In this document: positions 57,365 through 64,000 of the stretch, in pieces | How positions within the stretch are numbered: position 1 is the stretch's first letter | How the letters are laid out: each line of letters starts with the position of its first letter | IMG/VR virus record: IMGVR_UViG_3300027741_000024 | Span: 64,001-128,000 of that record | Length of the DNA: 64,000 nt | Strand: one strand, 5' to 3' | Origin: a virus | Notes under the pieces: model-generated | Database searches by the model: none | Seen by the model: only the letters and a program-made list of their open reading frames with translations | Told to the model about the DNA's origin: nothing | Position numbers and translations under genes: made by a program

Positions 57365-57681
57365 ATGTAAGCAATGAATTGGCTACGGCCTTGATCGGTT
57401 TGAAAGATGTAATCGTGGCAGACTATGCCAAGTTCCTTAGTGATTTAAATTGCTTGGAAAAAGATAAGTTCGGAATTGAGTTTGAGGCAGGTAGCAAGTA
57501 TGTAAAGGTTGTCAGTATTTCTGCTGGTGGTAGCCGCTCGGTACACTGCTTTGTTGAGAAAGCAAACGGTAATATATTGAGAGCCGCAAGTTGGAAATCA
57601 CCAGCACGTAATTTTATACGTGGTAATGTGTTTGACCAATCATCCTACATTAACCGTGTTCGTTGGACTGGTGTATCATGA
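57361..57681 (+). CDS. conserved phage early protein
   Basis: GSKYVKVV, SVHCFVE, GNILRAASWKSPA. Confidence 0.7.
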   Translation: MNVSNELATALIGLKDVIVADYAKFLSDLNCLEKDKFGIEFEAGSKYVKVVSISAGGSRSVHCFVEKANGNILRAASWKSPARNFIRGNVFDQSSYINRVRWTGVS

Positions 57682-57896
57682 AGTTGTGTAAAGATTGTGC
57701 CTTTTTTAGTGCAGAAAATGAGGAGTGTAATAACTCCTTATCCATACAAAGTCATGACCTTTTATATGGCAATCATTCGAAAAAGAGTGCTAAAGCCATG
57801 CGTGAAGATATTGACCGATGTGGTTTCAGTGGTAAACTATTTGCAGAAAAAATTATATTGAAAAACCAATCCAATTTTGTTGAAGGATTAGTATGA
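57678..57896 (+). CDS. Cys-rich hypothetical protein
   Basis: MKLCKDCAFF..CG..GKLF; ATGA coupling. Confidence 0.6.
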   Translation: MKLCKDCAFFSAENEECNNSLSIQSHDLLYGNHSKKSAKAMREDIDRCGFSGKLFAEKIILKNQSNFVEGLV

Positions 57897-58030
57897 AAAT
57901 CGTATTAACAATAATGCTCCTATCATTGGCAGCATGTAATACCGCATCTGGTGTATTGTCAGGTGCAGGTAAAGACCTACAAGCCGCAGGTTCATGGATG
58001 AGTCCAAAAGAATCGGTGCCCTTGAAATAA
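57893..58030 (+). CDS. entericidin EcnA/B-like lipoprotein (not on track)
   Basis: MKIVLTIMLLSLAAC-NTASGVLSGAGKDLQAAG. Confidence 0.6.
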   Translation: MKIVLTIMLLSLAACNTASGVLSGAGKDLQAAGSWMSPKESVPLK

Positions 58031-58040
58031 ATAAGGCACT

Positions 58041-58244
58041 ATGACCGATGATGCTGACGACCTCAAGAAAAAACTAGAAAAACACAAACCCAAGAAAAAA
58101 CTGGATATTGCAGCCGGTTTACTTGAAGGTGCCAAATCCTATGAGGGTAAGTTGGAAGCGGTCAAAATTATTGCAGAGCGTGAAAAAGATCGTACCTTGT
58201 TATTGATTAAAGGATTGATCAATAGTGAAGAAAAGAAAAAATGA
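58041..58244 (+). CDS. hypothetical protein
   Basis: ORF track; coupled. Confidence 0.55.
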   Translation: MTDDADDLKKKLEKHKPKKKLDIAAGLLEGAKSYEGKLEAVKIIAEREKDRTLLLIKGLINSEEKKK

Positions 58245-58489
58245 AAGACCTGCTAAACCTATTGCCTAAGTTATTAGAGATGATGCCAGGGGTTGTGAAA
58301 TTCCTGAAGTATATTCCTATTTTGATGGTATTGGCAGGCATAGGTTACGGTGTATTCTATTGGTCACAAAATTACAAAGATCCATTTAAATGCGTTAATA
58401 ATGAGATATATCAGCAAGTCCGTGTAGATTCTAATGTGTATCAATTTGTGGGTGGTTATTGTGTTGAGGGTGTTGATGAGCGAAAATAA
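58241..58489 (+). CDS. membrane hypothetical protein
   Basis: Single TM. Confidence 0.55.
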   Translation: MKDLLNLLPKLLEMMPGVVKFLKYIPILMVLAGIGYGVFYWSQNYKDPFKCVNNEIYQQVRVDSNVYQFVGGYCVEGVDERK

Positions 58490-58664
58490 AATAATGATTA
58501 TATTATGGTCTGGATTGATTTGCCTTGTTCCTATACTGGTGTTTGGTCTATATCATGAGCGAACTGAGCATGCCAAACAATGTACCGAGGCCAATGGTAC
58601 ACTTATCTCCACCAAAACCGATTATATTTGCATCAAAACAAAGGCAATAATTCCTCTCAAATGA
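58476..58664 (+). CDS. small membrane protein
   Basis: GAGG RBS; TM followed by C..ANG..C. Confidence 0.5.
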   Translation: MSENKIMIILWSGLICLVPILVFGLYHERTEHAKQCTEANGTLISTKTDYICIKTKAIIPLK

Positions 58665-58793
58665 CATGGTTTTTAGTTGTCATTTTTCAAATAACCCTCA
58701 CCCTTCTAGGTATTGTCATTACTGCAATGTCCTACGAACTACCTTTTGTCATTCCGACAACGTTGCCTCCTAACAACACTCCTTCCATACCTC

Positions 58794-58822
58794 TTGACAA
58801 TCTGCCCGAAATCAGCGATAAT
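58794..58822 (+). promoter_or_regulatory. early sigma70 promoter
   Basis: TTGACA-N17-GATAAT. Confidence 0.75.
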
Positions 58823-58856
58823 AGACCTATTGATGATGAAGATTGGGAGTAATTAA

Positions 58857-59075
58857 ATGAGAGAAAAAGTCCGAGTTATTGTGAATGGTGTATCGTTCTA
58901 TACAACCAAGGCACAAATCAAGCGTGGCGTTGGTGACAATGCATCCATTAACTATTTTGTCCAGTTGGCACTAGAAGAGTGCATCCGTGACGGTATCAAA
59001 GGTCTAGGTCGTACTTATCGCCAGTATGATGCGAAGATGAAGTTCACACCGCTTAACCTGCAAATTAACCTATAA
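58857..59075 (+). CDS. hypothetical early protein
   Basis: GGGAG RBS. Confidence 0.65.
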   Translation: MREKVRVIVNGVSFYTTKAQIKRGVGDNASINYFVQLALEECIRDGIKGLGRTYRQYDAKMKFTPLNLQINL

Positions 59076-59089
59076 TTCTGGAGTTTATT

Positions 59090-59467
59090 ATGGCATACGT
59101 ATCCCAAGAGTTGAAAGCGAAAATCGCACCGAAGGTCAAGGCGATTCTGAAAAAATACAAAGTCAAAGGTTCACTAGCCGTTAATCACCACTCCACATTG
59201 GTGCTGAATATCAAAGAAGGTGCCTTGGACATGTATCAGGATTTTGCTAAGTCCGAAGATGCCGAGAAATTCGGTATTCAAGTGAACCCATACTGGTACA
59301 AAGAGCACTTTTCTGGCAAGACCAAGGCATTCTTAAGCGAAGTGATTCCTGCTATGAATGACGGCAATTGGGACAAGTCAGATATCCAATCCGACTATTT
59401 CAACGTGGGTTGGTATATCTCCGTGAATATTGGTAAGTGGAACAAACCGTACCAGTTGTCAAAATAA
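59090..59467 (+). CDS. conserved phage early protein
   Basis: MAYVSQELK, SDIQSDYFNVGWY, IGKWNKPY. Confidence 0.72.
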   Translation: MAYVSQELKAKIAPKVKAILKKYKVKGSLAVNHHSTLVLNIKEGALDMYQDFAKSEDAEKFGIQVNPYWYKEHFSGKTKAFLSEVIPAMNDGNWDKSDIQSDYFNVGWYISVNIGKWNKPYQLSK

Positions 59468-59472
59468 CATGG

Positions 59473-59501
59473 TTGACAAAGTACCGACAATCGGTTATAA
59501 T
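59473..59501 (+). promoter_or_regulatory. consensus early sigma70 promoter
   Basis: TTGACA-N17-TATAAT. Confidence 0.8.
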
Positions 59502-59532
59502 AGAGTCTGAATTGATTAATACGGAGAAGCAA

Positions 59533-59721
59533 ATGATCCAATATATTACTGATGGCCGCAACGGCAAAAATGAACGTGTAGTCCTCTGGCGCACCGGCGA
59601 GTACACCTATGAGTTGGAAATTGCCGGTAAGAACCTGAAATTCTATGAGACCGAGTTTGGTGATGCCATAGGGTACTTTGATGCCGCTGTAGCCAACTAC
59701 CAAGATTTGGAGGCAGTATAA
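59533..59721 (+). CDS. hypothetical early protein
   Basis: GGAG RBS before ATG 59533. Confidence 0.6.
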   Translation: MIQYITDGRNGKNERVVLWRTGEYTYELEIAGKNLKFYETEFGDAIGYFDAAVANYQDLEAV

Positions 59722-59892
59722 TATGACCAAAGTATTCATTGTGGTAGAGCGGAAAACATATGATGCCTACCGAGGAAGTGATACTATAATGCGTGTATTT
59801 GCCAATTACAAAGATGCCGTGGCCTATGCTGATGAATTGACCGCACAACAAAATGGATTTGATTATGACGTACTTGAGCGTGAGGTATATTA

Positions 59893-60090
59893 ATGGAAAC
59901 CTATAATTTTTGGTATGAAACAAAGGGCGGTTACACCTTTGAAGAAAAACGATTAACCAAGAGGCAGGCAGTGATCCGTTACAATAGACTGGAAAAGAAC
60001 TACAATCCCAATATCAAATCCTTTGGATGGGGTGTAGAACAAAAACCAATAGACCTGAATAAACTGATGGAAGATTATGCCCAAGTTTAA
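59893..60090 (+). CDS. hypothetical early protein
   Basis: GAGG RBS. Confidence 0.55.
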   Translation: METYNFWYETKGGYTFEEKRLTKRQAVIRYNRLEKNYNPNIKSFGWGVEQKPIDLNKLMEDYAQV

Positions 60091-60286
60091 CACAAAAACC
60101 TATACAGAATCCATTGAGTTCATAGGTAAGATGGCAACCATACCTAATGCCAATGTGGACTCTGAGATAGCGACCATTGCCTTTATATTCAACCAAGACC
60201 TGTTTAAGGTAGGCAAGGACGTGATACGATTCGCACGAAAATGGCAGAGACTATTGGATAAAGATTACATAGCCAATGAAGGATAA
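60077..60286 (+). CDS. hypothetical early protein
   Basis: ORF track; overlap coupling. Confidence 0.55.
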   Translation: MPKFNTKTYTESIEFIGKMATIPNANVDSEIATIAFIFNQDLFKVGKDVIRFARKWQRLLDKDYIANEG

Positions 60287-60450
60287 CCACCAATTTGTGT
60301 AGAATCGTGCAATAATCCCATAGGACGTATACTGCTGAGTCACAAAATATACTCTGCAATCGCACTAGTCTGGATGGTGTGAAAAAGTGGGATAAAGTGT
60401 AAATTAGTGTCACCGCATAATCCCATGTTGTCAACTGAACAACGCCGCAC

Positions 60451-60474
60451 ATACCCGCATACCCGCATACCCGC
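60451..60474 (+). repeat. 8-bp tandem repeat x3
   Basis: ATACCCGC ATACCCGC ATACCCGC in a non-coding gap. Confidence 0.85.
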
Positions 60475-60515
60475 ACTGCATCACCGTTGCGTCCTTACAA
60501 CACTCCACAAACTGG

Positions 60516-60544
60516 TTGACAATCTTTGCCTAATCCACTATAAT
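60516..60544 (+). promoter_or_regulatory. consensus early sigma70 promoter
   Basis: TTGACA-N17-TATAAT. Confidence 0.8.
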
Positions 60545-60829
60545 GAAGTCTGATTGATTGAAAGAGGTAAGAAAATGTTAGTTCTAGAGTGTATTGCGTT
60601 TTTAGTAACAGTGGCGATTTTGATAACCCCTGCGACCGGAGAGTAAAATGGAAACGATTGAGATTATTTTCGTTATTGCAACTATTTTTGGTGGTGCCTA
60701 CATTGTCTGGGACGCTCTGTATGTTTAATGTTCTTTTTGCAAGTGGTCGGATCATGGAGTTCGGTACCGTTGACATTGCGACAATATACGCTACTGCCTA
60801 TAACGGAACACTATTACCGACTATGGGGC

Positions 60830-60858
60830 TTGACAATGCCGTGGATAACGACTATAAT
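60830..60858 (+). promoter_or_regulatory. consensus early sigma70 promoter
   Basis: TTGACA-N17-TATAAT. Confidence 0.8.
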
Positions 60859-61048
60859 GCTTGTGTGGTGAATGATATGGAGAAAATATGATTACCAGAA
60901 AAGAAACACTGAATGAGATAGCCACTCTAAAGGCCAAGTTTAATCCTGGTGTGTACGCTAATTGGGACTTGATTGTAATTGATTCGATTGCCAAGACACT
61001 GAACCTTGCTGCTGCTGATGTGGCTGCTGCTATTAAGGCGTTTAAATT

Positions 61049-61255
61049 ATGAATGATTGGATATTAGAAGGTCAGAGAGTCAGAGCCGAGTACCATGGCT
61101 TATTCCCAGTAGAGGGTACAGTGACAGAATCCAGAGTAACGTATGGTGGCGCAGTGAAGCACACCGTTGTATTACCAGAGCCTGTGATGATCTATGGTGC
61201 ACTCCGTGATACCCTTTTGTTTTATGCTGAGGATGTGGAGGTAGTAAATGGCTAA
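61049..61255 (+). CDS. hypothetical early protein
   Basis: VEGTVTESRVTYGG. Confidence 0.6.
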   Translation: MNDWILEGQRVRAEYHGLFPVEGTVTESRVTYGGAVKHTVVLPEPVMIYGALRDTLLFYAEDVEVVNG

Positions 61256-61535
61256 AGCCAAGTTTACACAAGAGCAATTGAATGCAGCTGTTGCTGAGTT
61301 CTTTGCTGATGAAAATTTGAGTATTGAATGGGGTTTGCGGCCCGCTGTGGGACTGCATGGAGCAATAACTGTTTACAATAAGGTAGAACAAAATGGCACG
61401 GATGAAAGACCAAGTAATTGAGATATTAGAGCTCTGGATGGAGGGTTACACCTTCGCCAGAATTGCAGGAGCTACAGGCCTTACACCTGAAGTGGTTCAG
61501 TATGTCATTGAGCAATACGGTGAGGACGTGATAGC

Positions 61536-61585
61536 ATAGTGTAGCAATGCTGTGATGGCTGTGGTCAAAACAGCATTGCCACTAT
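61536..61585. other. long inverted repeat in non-coding region
   Basis: ATAGTG..GCAATGCTGT / ACAGCATTGC CACTAT. Confidence 0.65.
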
Positions 61586-61890
61586 AAAAAGGAGTCCTCT
61601 AGAAGTATACTGCTTTATCCAAAGAGAACTCTTACGCACGACTTAGCACGTTTCAAAATTTTTTTCCTGGCCAAAAACGCTGTCCAGAATTTTTTTCGGA
61701 GGAAATCCAATGATAAAGTTCATTCTAAGTAAAAATGAGATAGCACTGCTCTATGATGCGTTAGAGGCCTATAAGATGCCGGATGATAAGGATAATCACT
61801 GTCAGATGGATTTCAATAGCAAACTTGATATGTTGATGGATTTTACCACATCATTCGAATTGGCACTGTATCCCGAAGAGTACGCATAAT

Positions 61891-62178
61891 ATGACAACTT
61901 TCACACAACCACTGCACCGTGCTGAGCCATTCTCTGTGGATCAGACTGCACCGGATCCAGAATATACACTGTGCATTTCAAAGCCTCTGACCTACGACCA
62001 GTTGGGTGATATGTACCAGAAGGCCACTGGGAATTCTGCACGGTCAAAGTCACTGGATTTTGTTCGTGAATGGGCAGAAAAACATGACCAATGGTTCTAT
62101 GTCTGCCCTATAGATACAACCATTCACAAGAAAGGGTATGCTAAACCCTTACCTACTGGTGGTACTGGATCTGCTTGA
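61891..62178 (+). CDS. hypothetical protein
   Basis: ORF track. Confidence 0.55.
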   Translation: MTTFTQPLHRAEPFSVDQTAPDPEYTLCISKPLTYDQLGDMYQKATGNSARSKSLDFVREWAEKHDQWFYVCPIDTTIHKKGYAKPLPTGGTGSA

Positions 62179-62203
62179 CAAACTACTGAGAATATACTAT
62201 GAT
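62175..62203 (+). promoter_or_regulatory. sigma70 promoter
   Basis: TTGACA-N17-TATGAT. Confidence 0.6.
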
Positions 62204-62471
62204 TGATTATTATACACTGAGGCGTATAGCACGGTTCAAATCATCCGGGAATGAATGGAAGATAGAAAGACTGGCTGAGATTGCTGCTGATCGTGTGAAG
62301 TCTCGGGAAAATGGTACCTACGACACTCGCAAATTTAATATTGTGTTTGCGGCGATGATTATAGATATCTGTATTGATCTTGTGGAAGATGGAGTGGAAT
62401 ATCGTGAACCGGCATCCCACTATGGAAATAAAATTCGTGAACACTTTGAAATGAAAATTGAAGATGAGTGA
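62199..62471 (+). CDS. hypothetical protein (FAxxII..C family)
   Basis: FAAMIIDICI...IREHF. Confidence 0.55.
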   Translation: MIDYYTLRRIARFKSSGNEWKIERLAEIAADRVKSRENGTYDTRKFNIVFAAMIIDICIDLVEDGVEYREPASHYGNKIREHFEMKIEDE

Positions 62472-62754
62472 TTATAAACCGCAGAATTCGCTGTTGTGTA
62501 AACTAGGTACCGATGCAGGTCTGCTGAATTATATTGAGCATGAAACGCCTCGGGAATATTTTATGTCATCATGGGCAACCGAAGAGGATGTCTTTACATT
62601 CGCTGAGACAATTATTCGTATCTGCGCTGATATCGCTCTGAAAGAGAATCATGATCCGTATGAGTGTATACTGAAACATTTTGATTTGGGTCCGACTGAG
62701 ACTGTTGATGAAACTCTACGGAGGCGGTCTACTTACTATGGAAGCAATCCATGA
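62464..62754 (+). CDS. hypothetical protein (FAxxII..C family)
   Basis: FAETIIRICA...ILKHF. Confidence 0.55.
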   Translation: MSDYKPQNSLLCKLGTDAGLLNYIEHETPREYFMSSWATEEDVFTFAETIIRICADIALKENHDPYECILKHFDLGPTETVDETLRRRSTYYGSNP

Positions 62755-63134
62755 AACCAGAACTACAAAAAAAATTAATTGAAAAATATCCCAAACTCTA
62801 CAACCAAGAATACTTTTGGGGTTTTGAGTGTGGTGACGGATGGTATGATTTGATTGACCATCTCTCCAGTGCGATTGATACATACACGAATCCGATATCC
62901 GAGTTTAATGTTTTTAACGTTGGGGTATCTCAAGTCAAAGAGAAATTCGGTACGCTGCGATTCTATGCTGACAATACAGACAGAGTGATTGATGGTATGA
63001 TTTGGCTCGCTGAACATATGTCGGCGCATACCTGCGAAACTTGTGGTAATCGTGGTGAAACACGGAATGGTTCGTGGTTGGTAACACTTTGCGATCTCCA
63101 TCATGATATGAGATTGGAAAAGGAAGCAGAATGA
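62751..63134 (+). CDS. conserved phage hypothetical protein
   Basis: FECGDGW, QVKEKFGTLRFY, CETCG, TLCDLH. Confidence 0.72.
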   Translation: MKPELQKKLIEKYPKLYNQEYFWGFECGDGWYDLIDHLSSAIDTYTNPISEFNVFNVGVSQVKEKFGTLRFYADNTDRVIDGMIWLAEHMSAHTCETCGNRGETRNGSWLVTLCDLHHDMRLEKEAE

Positions 63135-63240
63135 TAGTTCTAATATTGGTGCTGGTATTTCTATTTGCTGGTGAACCTGACCTATGGGACAATCTCCATG
63201 AATGGGCTATGCACGTAACTATGGTAAATAAGGATTGTAA

Positions 63241-63450
63241 ATGAATAATCGATGGAATGAAATAGCATACAAATGTTGGAATGAACGAAAATCCGGCAGA
63301 CAGTTCGACCAAGAGATGTTTGCCAAGTTGATCATTGACAAATGCCTACAACAATGTTATAATCGTGGTATGAATGATGAATTGTATGAAGGTCAGTTGC
63401 AAGCAGCTGCATATATTGAAGAATACTTTGGAATACAAAATGAAGCATAG
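63241..63450 (+). CDS. hypothetical protein (FAxxII..C family)
   Basis: FAKLIIDKC...IEEYFG. Confidence 0.55.
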   Translation: MNNRWNEIAYKCWNERKSGRQFDQEMFAKLIIDKCLQQCYNRGMNDELYEGQLQAAAYIEEYFGIQNEA

Positions 63451-64000
63451 GTACACGGATACACAAAATCGTACACTAATTGAGGGATAAAAAATGAACT
63501 TTGCATTAATGATTTATACCGTGGTTGCTATGTCCGGTCAAAACGCATCATTGGTACAAGCACATGACTGGCGTCCTCTAACCACACACTATACATTAGA
63601 GAGTTGCTTAAATGCCGCAAAAATTATGGGTATTTCATCTGAACGTTTTCGTTGTGTTCCATCAAAATGATAATTCTCGTTAGTATATTAATTGGTATTA
63701 TTCTATGGGCAATGTCTGATGTTGCATGGGAAGAAGGTCGTCCAAAAATGGCATGGACGTATTTGTTTTTATCAGCACTGAATGGTGCTTTGGTATTGAA
63801 TGCAATATTATAGGAGAACATATGATTAAAAATCTAATTAAATTTATGGATAATTTGATTCAGTATCGTCCATTTCTGGATGTGGCACTTCAGATGTTTT
63901 TTTGGCTACTGTTAGCAGCAGCAACATGGACTAAGAATTATGAGGACATGGCAATTGCAGCATGGTGGATTATTCTACTAGAATTGGTACAGGTGAACGA

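Noticed and set aside
58580-58852. ORF spanning the 58794 promoter (similarly the N-termini of 57095, 59437 and 60589)
   Set aside because: These frames read through promoter DNA (TTGACA gives LD/VD); better starts with an RBS lie downstream.
60445-60480. CRISPR-like array
   Set aside because: Only three 8-bp tandem units without spacers; no repeat-spacer array or cas gene seen anywhere in the window.
263-63821. Minus-strand ORFs on the track
   Set aside because: They are short, mostly overlap well-supported + strand genes, and lack recognisable motifs.
1-64000. Stop-codon reassignment
   Set aside because: Core genes are full length under the standard code, and TAA, TGA and TAG are all used as stops.

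Overview
All credible genes lie on the + strand of an AT-rich T4-like (myovirus) phage genome segment. The host is Gram-negative, judging from the spanin pair and GH19 endolysin; a freshwater betaproteobacterium is plausible but is inference. The layout is: (1) 1-6.4 kb: DUF4338-like gene, VWA-peptidase/MoxR-type AAA pair, DUF262-HNH nuclease and a small wHTH gene with a pseudoknot in its leader. (2) 6.4-23 kb: T4 replication core (gp45, gp44, gp62, regA, hsp20, dCMP deaminase, gp43, uvsX, gp41), interrupted by a PD-(D/E)XK nuclease-like gene and a DNA methyltransferase, each flanked by short direct repeats. (3) 23-41 kb: late region containing a tightly coupled 8-gene sugar/cyclitol cluster and several modular, capsid-targeted internal-protein-like genes. 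(4) 41-44 kb: lysis cassette. (5) 44-55.5 kb: primase, thyX, nrdAB, PlcP-like phosphoesterase with a Pho-box-like repeat, exported nuclease, S11 peptidase and tRNA-Arg(UCU). (6) 56-64 kb: early region of small ORFs driven by near-consensus sigma70 promoters. The strongest candidate for a new system is the 25.8-32.3 kb cluster: an EEVS-type sedoheptulose-7-phosphate cyclase with a kinase, nucleotidyltransferase, SDR, O-methyltransferase and glycosyltransferase-like genes, i.e. a putative phage-encoded C7-cyclitol (carbasugar) pathway. All family assignments come from motif recognition by eye; no database searches were run.
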